Of a stretch of 64,000 nt of DNA, positions 37,569 through 49,523 are shown piece after piece. The notes beneath the pieces are model-generated. The model was not told the origin of the DNA. It was given only the letters and a program-made list of their open reading frames with translations, and made no database searches. The position numbers and the translations under genes were made by a program. Source of the DNA: an uncultured Reyranella sp. (lineage in GTDB: Bacteria > Pseudomonadota > Alphaproteobacteria > Reyranellales > Reyranellaceae); the NCBI GenBank assembly GCA_937915145.1, contig CALDNT010000059.1, positions 3,474 through 67,473 on the forward strand, in the 5' to 3' direction. Positions within the stretch are counted from its first letter, which is position 1. The number at the start of each line of letters is the position of its first letter.

Positions 37569-38149
37569 GCGATGCCAGGAACGCGACCAACGATCCGTCG
37601 ATGGACGATATCCTTGCCTCGATCCGCAAGATCATTTCGGATGACGAGGCGCGCGCCCAGGTCGGCAACCAGCAGGCGTTGAGCCAGTCTGCCCGTCCGA
37701 CCGTCGTTCCGCCCGGAGAGCCCCGCCTCGTGTCGGTACCGCGCGATGCCGGTCGCGACGATGTGCTTGTGCTGACCGACCTTGTCGAGGAACCTGCTGT
37801 TGGCCCCGTCGATTCGAGGCCGATTCCCTTGCCGCGGATCGATCCGGTCCGTGCGGCCGAGATGCCGCAACCGTCGGCCGATCAATCGCCCGACGGCATG
37901 CTTATCGGCTCGAACGTCGTCGGCGTCGCGAATTCGGCGTTTGCCCGCCTCAACCAGGTCGTCCAGGAGAGCGTGCCGCCGCCGGCCGCCCCGGAGCCGG
38001 GGCCGGCCATGGACGGCAACGGCAAGACTATCGAGGATCTGGTCAAGGAAATGTTGCGGCCGATGCTAAAGGACTGGCTCGATCGTAACCTGCCGCCGAT
38101 GGTCGAGCGCTATGTCGAACGCGAGATTACCCGGCTGACACGCCGCTGA
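37565..38149 (+). CDS. popZ: DUF2497 / PopZ-like polar organizing protein
   Basis: N-terminus ...DPSMDDILASIRKIISDDE, a Pro-rich middle, and C-terminus IEDLVKEMLRPMLKDWLDRNLPPMVERYVEREI. ATG 37565 overlaps the tolC stop (ATGA). Confidence 0.7.
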   Translation: MSDARNATNDPSMDDILASIRKIISDDEARAQVGNQQALSQSARPTVVPPGEPRLVSVPRDAGRDDVLVLTDLVEEPAVGPVDSRPIPLPRIDPVRAAEMPQPSADQSPDGMLIGSNVVGVANSAFARLNQVVQESVPPPAAPEPGPAMDGNGKTIEDLVKEMLRPMLKDWLDRNLPPMVERYVEREITRLTRR

Positions 38150-38172
38150 CCCCAGGCGCCCTGACCTTCGAA

Positions 38173-38206
38173 CGCCACGGCGCCAATCCCGTGGCGTTTT
38201 TCGTTT
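38173..38206 (+). terminator. Rho-independent terminator after popZ
   Basis: Perfect 8-bp stem CGCCACGG / CCGTGGCG with an 8-nt loop, followed by TTTTTCGTTT. Confidence 0.75.
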
Positions 38207-38218
38207 ATTAGGCAAGAG

Positions 38219-40900
<2,682 letters not shown>

Positions 40901-41734
40901 CTACGAAGCCTTTCTCAGATCGGGCACGTAGGGCTTGCTGGTGAAGTGCTCCTGGCCGTCGCCTGCGGCGAAGCGCAGGCCGGCCCGGCGGATCGCCTCG
41001 TCGTCGACCGGCTCGAGTGGCACGAAGTAGCGGTCATCCACCCTGGTGAAAGTGTCGTTGTCGACACGGTTGTAGCAGATCAGCAGGGTCCAGCGCCGGT
41101 TGGCCGAGCGGTTGGCGTCGGAACGGTGGATGGCGTTGCAATGGAAGATCAGCGCGTCGCCGGCCTCGAGTTCACCGTACTCGACCGGGCACTTCTCCAG
41201 GATGTGCGGCAGGCGCTTGGGGTCGACCTCGTTCTGGGTCGGCGACAGCGGCGTGTGGTCGATGCGGCCCAGCCTATGCGAGCCGGTGGCGATCTGCAGG
41301 CAGCCATTGTTCCTGTCGGTTTTGTCGAGGGCGATCATCACCGAGAGCAGGTCGGGGCGGAGACAGCCGTTGTAGTACCAGTAGCCATAATCCTGGTGCC
41401 ATTCCCAGGCGCCGCCAACCTCGGGTTCCTTGGCCGTCAATTTCGATTGATAGTGATAGACCGGTCCTCCCAGAAGGGCGGCCGATGTGTCGACCATGCG
41501 ATGGGTGCGGGCGGCCAGGCCGTAGACGCTGTCGCCGGCACGGTTCCACAGCGCGATGCGCGTCGAACGGCCCTCGCCATCGCGGCGATCGAGGATGGAG
41601 TCGCGGACGGCGGGATCTTCCTCCATCGCGCGGGTCAAAAGCTTCACCTCGTCGGGCGCGAACAGGCCGCGGGCGTAGGTGAAACCCTTTTCGTTGAATT
41701 CGGCCATCTGGGCCGCGTTGAGGATGTTGGACAT
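40901..41734 (-). CDS. phytanoyl-CoA dioxygenase (PhyH) family protein
   Basis: WHQDYGYWY..., ...GDALIFHCNAIHRSDAN.S...R (2-His-1-carboxylate, Fe(II)/2OG type). Start at ATG 41734. Confidence 0.8.
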   Translation of the reverse strand: MSNILNAAQMAEFNEKGFTYARGLFAPDEVKLLTRAMEEDPAVRDSILDRRDGEGRSTRIALWNRAGDSVYGLAARTHRMVDTSAALLGGPVYHYQSKLTAKEPEVGGAWEWHQDYGYWYYNGCLRPDLLSVMIALDKTDRNNGCLQIATGSHRLGRIDHTPLSPTQNEVDPKRLPHILEKCPVEYGELEAGDALIFHCNAIHRSDANRSANRRWTLLICYNRVDNDTFTRVDDRYFVPLEPVDDEAIRRAGLRFAAGDGQEHFTSKPYVPDLRKAS

Positions 41735-41756
41735 CGGTTCCTCGCCTGAATCGGGG

Positions 41757-43301
41757 CTAGGCCGGGCGAAAGACGTTGCGGCCGCCCTCATCGGAGACCG
41801 ATACCTTACGCCCAAGCTGCTCGCGCGTCAGCATGTCGGCCAGGATCGCGGGCTCGTTGGGGGCCATGGCGACGAAACGGTCGCCCGAGGTATCGAGCCG
41901 GCCGAGAATATAGCCGCGTTCCGGCGCATCCTTGCCGTAGGTAACGCAGTAGGTCTCGATCGTGCCGCTACCGGAAGGGTTGGCCTCGACCTTGCGCCTG
42001 GGGCGGGCATCGAGTTCCGCCTGGAATTTCTTTGGATCCTCGCGCTTCCACGGCCCCTTCGTCGGCTCGGTCGAATAAAGGCCGGCCGAGTGCTTGGTGA
42101 GATAGTTGCCGTTGGCCGTCACCATGCCGAACGAGCCGGGCTTGCCGCGCACCACGTTCATCATTTCGGCGATGGAATGGGTGACGTAGTTGTTGCCCGG
42201 ACCACCGAAGAACGGCAGGCCGCCGGTGATGCTGATCGGCCGCGGATCGTCCTCGGCGATGCCGATTTCGGTCATCGCCACTTCGACGGCCGACGGGAAA
42301 CAGCTGTAGAGATCGAAGGCGGCGACGTCGGAGACCTTTTTGTTCGCCATGTCGAGCGCGATGCGTGCGCAGCCGCGGATCGCGGGTGAGGCGTCGAGCT
42401 TTTCGCGCTCCGAGACCACCCAGGTGTCCGTGCCGTCGGCGCAGCCGTGCAGGAACACCCAGCGGTCCTGCGGGATACCCCATTCCGTCGCCTTGCCGAC
42501 CGACGTCATGAGTACGGCGGCGGCCTGGTCGATGATGGCGTTGGCATTCATCAGCCGCGGATAGGGGAAGCAGATCCAGCGATTGTCGTCGGAAATCGTC
42601 GAAAGCTGCTCGGCGGTGTAACCGTCGCGCCGCGTCGCGAGAGGGTTGGCTTTTGCCACGGCCGCGAGGCGCTCGAACAGCCGGCCCATCGCCTTCATGT
42701 GGCCGTCGACATCGCGCTTCAGACCGCCACGGATGGCGTTTTCCAGCAACGGGTAGAAATGGATGGCGGCACGCAGTTCGTGACGGGCTTCCTCGTCGCT
42801 ATAACCCCAGCGTGGGTCGCCAATGCGGATGGGATCGCCGCCGGGAGCCTCGTTCCAGTCGATCTTCATGCCGGCCCGGCGCGCGATCTGCGTGCTGCGC
42901 AAAAGTTCGGCGCCGCAGATCAGGGCGAGCTCTGTCTCGCCGCGGGCGATCTCCTCGGCGAAGCGGTTGACCAGGTACTGGGGCATGTTGCCGCCGGAGT
43001 GGCTGTAGAGCAGTTGTCGCGGATCGGCATGCAACCGGTCGGCGACGCTCTTGGGCGGATTGCTCGAACGGCCGTAGGGCGAGGCGAAACGTGGGCTGAT
43101 GTCGCTGAAGAACTCCATCACGGCCAGCGCATCGATCTCGTGGCCGAGCGCATGGCCGCCGATCGCGGCTTTGGTGTCGGCAAGCGCCAGATTTGCCACC
43201 TCGGCGCAGAAGGCCACGCGTGAGCGTTCGCTCGATGGCTTGCCGGCAGTGTCGGTGATCTGACCACTGCCGACCAGGATCGGCGTCCGTGGGTCGATCA
43301 T
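41757..43301 (-). CDS. thiolase-like protein (annotated-type 'acetyl-CoA acetyltransferase') with C-terminal OB-fold-like extension
   Basis: Thiolase-like core (…LYSCFPSAVEVA…GGPGNNYVTHSIAEM). ATG 43301 overlaps the upstream stop (ATGA). Confidence 0.7.
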   Translation of the reverse strand: MIDPRTPILVGSGQITDTAGKPSSERSRVAFCAEVANLALADTKAAIGGHALGHEIDALAVMEFFSDISPRFASPYGRSSNPPKSVADRLHADPRQLLYSHSGGNMPQYLVNRFAEEIARGETELALICGAELLRSTQIARRAGMKIDWNEAPGGDPIRIGDPRWGYSDEEARHELRAAIHFYPLLENAIRGGLKRDVDGHMKAMGRLFERLAAVAKANPLATRRDGYTAEQLSTISDDNRWICFPYPRLMNANAIIDQAAAVLMTSVGKATEWGIPQDRWVFLHGCADGTDTWVVSEREKLDASPAIRGCARIALDMANKKVSDVAAFDLYSCFPSAVEVAMTEIGIAEDDPRPISITGGLPFFGGPGNNYVTHSIAEMMNVVRGKPGSFGMVTANGNYLTKHSAGLYSTEPTKGPWKREDPKKFQAELDARPRRKVEANPSGSGTIETYCVTYGKDAPERGYILGRLDTSGDRFVAMAPNEPAILADMLTREQLGRKVSVSDEGGRNVFRPA

Positions 43302-44461
43302 TTCAACAACGCCTCGATTTCGGCCGGCGCCAGACCGGCATCGGCAAGAACGCTCTTCGTATGTTCGCCCAGGCTGGCGACCTTGGGGCCACTCTGGAGA
43401 GGAGAGCCGGAGAAACGGAAGGGCGGGGCGGGCGACTTGAAGGCGCCGGCGCTGTCCTCGATTGTGCACAGCGAACCGCGATGGGCGACCTGCGGATCCT
43501 CCAGGGCCTCGGTGACCGTGAGATAGGGCGAGCACGGCACGCCGTGCTTCTCAAGGACGGCGATGCATTCCTTGACGGTCATGGTCTTGGACCAGGCCTC
43601 GAACTCGTCGACGAACTGGCCCCAGTTCATGCGCCGGTCGGCGTATTTCTCGAAACGCGGGTCAGCCAGCCAGTCGCGCCGGCCCGCCGCCGTCGCCATG
43701 TCCTGGAAGGTGCGCTCGCTCGCCGTGGCCAGCATGACATAGCCGTCTTTGGCCTCGACCGGGCCGTACATCGGCCGCGACGGCATCTCGAAATCGAACT
43801 GGGCGCGATTGACCTCGCCCAGCAACATGCCGACCAGGGTCTCGAACATCGAGACGTCGACCATCTGGCCCTTGCCGGTGACATGGCGCTGGTGAATCGC
43901 CGCCAGGATACCGCCCATTGCATAGGCGCCGCTGGCATAGTCGGCAACGAAGATGCCGCAGTTGTCCGGCCGCTCGCGGCCTTGCTGGTAGAAGGCATGG
44001 GCCATGTCGTAGCCGGTCGAGGCGTGGATGACCGGCGCATAAGCCGGCCGGCCGGCGCCGGGGCCGGTCTGGCCATAGCCCGAGATCGCGCAGTAAATGA
44101 TCCGCGGATTGACCTTCGCGAGTTCCGGGTAGTCGAGCCCCAGCCGCTTCATCACACCAGGCCGATAGTTCTCCACGACGATGTCAACGGCCGCTACCAA
44201 TTTCTTCACTGCGGCGATGGCCTCGGGACGCTTGAGGTCGAGCACGATCGACCGCTTGCCGGCGTTTAGCTGGCCGAACATCGTGCCGGCGCCGTTGCGC
44301 TGCACCGGCCGGCTGCGCATGAGGTCGCCTTCAGGCGATTCGATCTTGATCACATCGGCGCCCATGTCGGCCAGAAGGCGGCTGCAGTGAGGGCCGGCAA
44401 TGGTGGTCGAAAAATCGAGGACTCGCAGGCCGTCGAGTGGCCTTGCCATTACTTCGGTCAT
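43298..44461 (-). CDS. CaiB/BaiF-family (type III) CoA-transferase
   Basis: PLDGLRVLDFSTTIAGPHCSRLLADMGADVIKIE and GYGQTGP. Confidence 0.85.
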   Translation of the reverse strand: MTEVMARPLDGLRVLDFSTTIAGPHCSRLLADMGADVIKIESPEGDLMRSRPVQRNGAGTMFGQLNAGKRSIVLDLKRPEAIAAVKKLVAAVDIVVENYRPGVMKRLGLDYPELAKVNPRIIYCAISGYGQTGPGAGRPAYAPVIHASTGYDMAHAFYQQGRERPDNCGIFVADYASGAYAMGGILAAIHQRHVTGKGQMVDVSMFETLVGMLLGEVNRAQFDFEMPSRPMYGPVEAKDGYVMLATASERTFQDMATAAGRRDWLADPRFEKYADRRMNWGQFVDEFEAWSKTMTVKECIAVLEKHGVPCSPYLTVTEALEDPQVAHRGSLCTIEDSAGAFKSPAPPFRFSGSPLQSGPKVASLGEHTKSVLADAGLAPAEIEALLK

Positions 44462-44465
44462 CTGG

Positions 44466-45395
44466 TCACCGCACTATGAGGATGAGAACGACACCGCCTA
44501 CCACCAGAATACTGCCGATCCACTCACCAAGCGATGGCCGCTCCTTCAGGACGAGGCGTGAGGAAATGAAGGTGAACACCAGTTCGATCTGGCCGACGGC
44601 ACGCACGAGGGCCGCGTTCTCGAGCGTCATCGCAAGCGCCCAGCCGGCCGACCCGAGGACGCTGAACAACCCCACCCACATCGAGGAGCGCCAGTTCATG
44701 GCGACCTTGCCGAGCTGCGGGCGGTCGCGACGCGCAAGATAGATGGCCATCAACACCACCTGAATGGTGTTCATGCAGGCCAGCACTGTTATCCCGCGGA
44801 TCACGAAGTCGCCGTCGGGCAGAAGCTTGGAGGCTTCTCGAATGGTGCCGGCGGCGATCGCGAAGGTGGCGCCCGCCATGATGCCGTAAAGCGCGCCTTT
44901 GTGGGTGAGATCGGCCAGAAGGCTGCGCACATCCGAGAGCTTGCCGCGCACGCTCAAGATGGCGACGCCGCCGAGGCAAACCAGGATACCCATCCAGGCA
45001 CCGAAATTGAGCGGTTCGCCGGCGATGAAGGTCGCGAACAGTGCCACAAACACCGTCTCGGTCTTCGAATAGACAGTGCCGACCGTGAAATTGCGTAGCG
45101 AAAAAGAATGGATCATCAGCGAGGTCGCCACGATCTGGGCGACGCCGGCGATGGCAACCAGACCGAGAAAAGCCAGCGAGATTGCCGGAATCTGGCGGCC
45201 TGTGCCCCACACCAGAAATGCCAGCGCGCCCAGCGCCAGCGGTGCGCCATAGAGGTAGCGCACGAAATTCGCACCATCGACGCTCAGCAGGCCACGAATC
45301 TTCTGCTGCATCGTCGTGCGGATGTTTTGGCACAAGGCAGCAGCGACGGTGATCGGTATCCAGAGTGGCACTGTGTTTTGTCTCCCCCACGGCAC
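44466..45395 (-). CDS. DMT-superfamily (EamA-like) transporter
   Basis: Ten-TM-type hydrophobic protein with two EamA-like halves. Confidence 0.7.
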   Translation of the reverse strand: MPWGRQNTVPLWIPITVAAALCQNIRTTMQQKIRGLLSVDGANFVRYLYGAPLALGALAFLVWGTGRQIPAISLAFLGLVAIAGVAQIVATSLMIHSFSLRNFTVGTVYSKTETVFVALFATFIAGEPLNFGAWMGILVCLGGVAILSVRGKLSDVRSLLADLTHKGALYGIMAGATFAIAAGTIREASKLLPDGDFVIRGITVLACMNTIQVVLMAIYLARRDRPQLGKVAMNWRSSMWVGLFSVLGSAGWALAMTLENAALVRAVGQIELVFTFISSRLVLKERPSLGEWIGSILVVGGVVLILIVR

Positions 45396-45439
45396 TCTAT
45401 GGCCTCGACGGGCCGGCGTCTGCCGCGTAAATTTTCACA

Positions 45440-46507
45440 ATGCGACAGGGGTTGATGGCCGCCCTCGATACGGCCTGGCGCGGGATCGGCGCGCCGGGTG
45501 TGTGGTTGACGGGCGCAGAGCGGGTGATGATCGTCGAAGAAGCTCGCGCGGCACGTGCCTGCGAGCTTTGCCACGCGCGCAAAGCTGCATTGTCTCCGGC
45601 GGCAGTCGAGGGGCGGCATTCGGCGATAACAGGCCTGCCTCAGGCGTCGGTCGAGGCGGTTCACCGGATCGTCACCGACCCGGGGCGCCTGTCTGAAGCC
45701 TGGTACCGGCGGGTCATCGCAATGGGGATCAGCGACGAGGCCTATGTCGAATTGCTGAGCGTGGTGGCGATCACGACGGCGGTAGATACGTTCGACCGTG
45801 CCGCCGGAAGCGCCCGGCGTGCCATGCCGGTACCGCGCGAGGGCGAGCCGAGCCGGCGGCGTCCCCGAGGCGCCAAGCCGGGACTGGGCTGGATGCCGAT
45901 GCTCGCGCCAGAGGACGTGGCGTCAGACGATCCTCCGCTTTACGAAAGCGGCGGGCGGATCGGCGGCAACGTTCACCGCGCGCTGAGCTTGGTGCCCGAG
46001 GCAATGATGCAGTTCTGGGACATGTTCGAGACGATGTACCTGCCACAGGAGGCGATGCGGGATTTCGGCCGCGAGTACCGCGCGATCGATCACGCACAGA
46101 TCGAGATGCTGGCGGCGCGTGTCGCCGTCCAGAATCAGTGCGTCTATTGAACCACCAGCCATTTGGCCTTGCTCCGGGGGAGCGGCAAGCACAACGGGAC
46201 GGACTACAGCTTCGAGGGGATCGTTGATGGCGATGGCGGCAGCGGGGTTGCCGCCGAGGCCGAGTTGCTGGCTTTCGCCGACGCGGCGGTCGTCATGGAC
46301 GATCGGCTTGGCGAGTGTCGCGGCCATGTCGTCGACCGACTGGGCCACGGGGCGATGATCGATGCCGCGGCGGTGATTGCCGGCTTCGACGCCATCACCC
46401 GCGTGGCGGACGGATCGGGCATTCCATTGGAAGCGCCCAAGGCCGAAGCGACGGCGGAGTGGCGCAATCGCCTGGGGATCGATGCTTTCTGGACCATGAA
46501 GAGCTGA
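45440..46507 (+). CDS. AhpD/carboxymuconolactone-decarboxylase (CMD)-family protein with in-frame TGA at 46148-46150 (candidate selenocysteine; otherwise a nonsense-disrupted gene)
   Basis: ORFs 45440..46150 and 46163..46507 share one frame. Read through, the sequence gives ...VQNQCVY[TGA]TTSHLALLRG..., which is the N-x-C-x-Y-C-x-x-x-H CMD active-site motif with TGA at the second Cys. The downstream 119 codons complete the CMD fold (…FDAITRVADGSGIPLE). Confidence 0.55.
46165..46190 (+). promoter_or_regulatory. candidate bacterial SECIS-like hairpin
   Basis: GGCCUUGCUCC-GGG-GGAGCGGCAAGC forms an imperfect stem of about 9-10 bp with a G-rich apical loop. The stem starts about 15 nt after the TGA and the loop lies about 25 nt after it. 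Confidence 0.35.
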
Positions 46508-46558
46508 GCCGCCACACGACGGTCGGGCCGGAGAGGGCGCCGGGGCAGGGGAGGCAGC

Positions 46559-47749
46559 ATGAGCGCGACTACGGATGTTGGTTCAGCCTATGGCCTGAGG
46601 CCGCCGACTTATGATGCCAAGCTCACTGAAGTGGGCCGCGGCACACCGATGGGCGAGTTGTTGCGCCGCTACTGGCATCCAATCGGCGTGGTCGCGGATG
46701 CTGGCGCAGCGCCACGGCCGGTCCGGGTTCTCGGCGAGGATTTGATCCTGTTCCGCGACGGCCAGGGGCGGGCCGGGCTGGTCTACCCGCGCTGCTGCCA
46801 TCGTGGCACCACGCTCTACTACGGCAGGATCGAGGAGCGCGGCATTCGCTGCTGCTATCACGGCTGGCTGTTCGACGTCGAAGGCCATTGCCTCGAGATG
46901 CCATGCGAACCCAAACCGGCGGGCGCGCAATGCCAACGCGTGCGGCAGCCCTGGTATCCGATCGAGGAGCGCTACGGTCTGATTTTCGCCTATCTCGGTC
47001 CACCGGAACGCAAGCCGCTGCTGCCGCGCTACGAATGCCTGGAAGTGCTGCAGCCCGGGGAGTTCGTCGAGGCCGACGATTCCAGCATCGGCAGCGGCGG
47101 CATCGAGATCGCTCCCTGCAACTGGCTCCAGCATTTCGAGAACGTGGTCGATCCCTACCACGTGCCAATCCTGCACGGCTCGTTCAGTGGCCCGCAGTTT
47201 GTCGAGCAGATGAACGCCTTTCCCAAAGTGAGGTTCGAGTACAGCCGCCACGGAGTGAAGTCGACTTCGGTGCGGCCCGGCCCCGACGGCAAACGCTTCC
47301 GCCGCGTCACGGAGGCCGTGGTGCCGGCCCTGCGCGTGGTACCCAATCCGCAGGTTGCGCGGTACGGCATGGTCGAATCGATCGGCTGGACCTTGCCGAT
47401 CGACGACACGCACTACCGCATCTACGTCGCAGGACGGGTGCGGGAGAAGGGTGAGCTCACTAAATTCAGGTCACGCTACAATGGCAAGAGCTGGGCGGAG
47501 CTGACGCCGGAGGAGCATCAGAGATTTCCAGGCGACGTCGAAGCGCAGGTCGGCCAGGGGCCCATCACCTTCCATTCCGAAGAACATCTGATGTCATCGG
47601 ATCAGGGCATATCGATGCTGCGCATTCTGTTGCAGAAGCAGGCCGACATCGTAGCCGCAGGCGGAAATCCCGTCGGTGTCGCATTCGACGCGGAGAGTGC
47701 CTACGTCAGGTTCGACGCCGGGCAATATCTCGACGAGGCCTCAGCGTAG
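46559..47749 (+). CDS. Rieske-type aromatic ring-hydroxylating oxygenase, alpha subunit
   Basis: Rieske motif CCHRGTTL...CCYHGW, then a mononuclear-iron region (NWLQHFENVVDPYHVPILH). Confidence 0.85.
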   Translation: MSATTDVGSAYGLRPPTYDAKLTEVGRGTPMGELLRRYWHPIGVVADAGAAPRPVRVLGEDLILFRDGQGRAGLVYPRCCHRGTTLYYGRIEERGIRCCYHGWLFDVEGHCLEMPCEPKPAGAQCQRVRQPWYPIEERYGLIFAYLGPPERKPLLPRYECLEVLQPGEFVEADDSSIGSGGIEIAPCNWLQHFENVVDPYHVPILHGSFSGPQFVEQMNAFPKVRFEYSRHGVKSTSVRPGPDGKRFRRVTEAVVPALRVVPNPQVARYGMVESIGWTLPIDDTHYRIYVAGRVREKGELTKFRSRYNGKSWAELTPEEHQRFPGDVEAQVGQGPITFHSEEHLMSSDQGISMLRILLQKQADIVAAGGNPVGVAFDAESAYVRFDAGQYLDEASA

Positions 47750-48808
47750 ATCGACTCCGACCGCATCCGTCACGGATGCGAAGCCGTCGCGGGCGAGCAG
47801 CGTCGCCAGCTCGTCCTTGATGCGGCGAATGAGCGGCGGGCCCTCATAGACCATGGCCGAGTAAAGCTGAACCAGGCTGGCGCCGGCCCGGATCTTGGCA
47901 TAGGCGTCTGCCCCCGAGCCGACGCCGCCGCAACCGATCAACGGGAACTGGCCTTCGACGCGCCGCGCGGTGCGGCGCAGAACATCGGTCGACAATGCCG
48001 CAAGCGGGGCGCCGGAAAGCCCTCCGGTTTCGTCGCGCCGTACGGAGCGAAGCGAAGACGGGCGCGACAAGGTCGTATTGCCGACGATGATGCCGTCCAT
48101 CCTCAGTTCGCGGCAGACGGCCACGATGTCGTCGAGATCGTCATCCGTGGCGTCCGGTGCGATCTTCACCAGCAGCGGCACCGTTCCAGGGGCCGCGGAC
48201 GACCCCGAGGCGGTAACGGCTTCCTGGACGCGCATGAGCAGTTCCGTGAGCTGGGTGCGGCCCTGGAGATTGCGCAAGCCGGGTGTGTTGGGCGACGACA
48301 CATTGCACACGAGATAATCGGCGTGGCCAGCCAGGGCGGCGCTGCAGGCGACGTAGTCCGCCGCCCGATCGACACTGTCCTTGTTGGCCCCGACATTGAC
48401 GCCGACGAACCCACGGCGGGGACGAGCGGCAAGCCTGACACGGGCTGCTTCCAGCCCCTGTCCGGGGAAGCCCATACGGTTGATGACGCCGCGGTCCTCG
48501 GGCAGGCGGAACAGCCGCGGCCTTGGATTGCCCTCCTGCGGCCGGGGCGTGACACTGCCGATCTCGACGAAGCCGAACCCCAGTGCGAGCATGGCGTCGG
48601 GCACTTCGGCGTTCTTGTCGAAGCCCGCGGCCAGGCCGATCGGGTTGGCAAGATGGCGGCCCCAGACCGAAACACCAAGCGACGCCGGGTCGGGCTTCCT
48701 GTCGCCCGGCAGCAGTCCGCTTTTCAAGGCACGAAGGGCGAGCCCGTGCGCCGCTTCGGCATCGAGACGGGACAAGATCGAGTCGGCCAGGGAATACCAG
48801 AGCGCCAT
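47741..48808 (-). CDS. pyrD: dihydroorotate dehydrogenase (quinone), class 2
   Basis: …NPIGLAAGFDKNAE…GFGFVEIGSVTP…NVSSPNTPGLR…GGV.SG.DA..KI.AGASLVQLY. Confidence 0.9.
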   Translation of the reverse strand: MALWYSLADSILSRLDAEAAHGLALRALKSGLLPGDRKPDPASLGVSVWGRHLANPIGLAAGFDKNAEVPDAMLALGFGFVEIGSVTPRPQEGNPRPRLFRLPEDRGVINRMGFPGQGLEAARVRLAARPRRGFVGVNVGANKDSVDRAADYVACSAALAGHADYLVCNVSSPNTPGLRNLQGRTQLTELLMRVQEAVTASGSSAAPGTVPLLVKIAPDATDDDLDDIVAVCRELRMDGIIVGNTTLSRPSSLRSVRRDETGGLSGAPLAALSTDVLRRTARRVEGQFPLIGCGGVGSGADAYAKIRAGASLVQLYSAMVYEGPPLIRRIKDELATLLARDGFASVTDAVGVDLR

Positions 48809-48850
48809 AGAGCTCTGGTTAGCAGAGAGTCCCTGTGGAGCGCTTTGTCC

Positions 48851-49417
48851 CTAGCGGAAATCGAAGCCGTTCTGCCGGCGCTGCCCCTCAGCATCGCTGA
48901 ATACGACCATGAACAGCTCCCGGAACAGCCATTCGATCCGTGGGTCGGCCGGGCCGCTCGCCGGCGTCCAGGCAGTCGTTTGCGACATCGCCCTGTCGTT
49001 GCGGCAATAGATGGCAAAAACCTTGAAGAGGCCGGGCGTGTTGGGCCCGGTTCGACGCGTGCCCTCGCAGACCGCATCGGCGCGAAGATCGTTGGCATAG
49101 TCGAAGACCAGGACGAGCCGGTAGTCCGGACGCGGTTTCTCGACCGGCACGTCGTAGGTGAAGGTGAGGCGGGGCATCGGCTTGGCAGCCTGCATGGCCG
49201 GCAGAATCTGGCGCGCCACTTCGCCGGCGTCGAGGCCAGGGAAGGGATTGCCTTCGATGATGACCTGAAAGTTCTTGCCGTCGGTGGCGGCGAAGAACTC
49301 CCGGTAGTCGTATTGCACGGCGTAGTAGAACCCGCCGATGGTCGCCGCATAGGCGGCTGAAGCGAACACCACGGCAGCGCCGACCACAGCGGCGGCAATC
49401 TTGCTGGACAAACGCAT
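48851..49417 (-). CDS. hypothetical secreted protein
   Basis: Signal peptide MRLSSKIAAAVVGAAVVFASAAYA. No family recognised. Confidence 0.5.
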   Translation of the reverse strand: MRLSSKIAAAVVGAAVVFASAAYAATIGGFYYAVQYDYREFFAATDGKNFQVIIEGNPFPGLDAGEVARQILPAMQAAKPMPRLTFTYDVPVEKPRPDYRLVLVFDYANDLRADAVCEGTRRTGPNTPGLFKVFAIYCRNDRAMSQTTAWTPASGPADPRIEWLFRELFMVVFSDAEGQRRQNGFDFR

Positions 49418-49523
49418 GTGGATTTCCTCCCGGCAGCGGCGCCGATATTGCGGCACGACGATACGATGAGACCGGGCTCGAATCACGTCACATTGTCGCG
49501 CGATCGGCCGGTGGCCGGCCGGG

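Noticed and set aside
49487-49523. GC palindrome CGGCCGGTGGCCGGCCG downstream of parE, as a possible terminator.
   Set aside because: It could form a short hairpin but lacks a U-tract. It cannot be distinguished from chance GC-rich self-complementarity.
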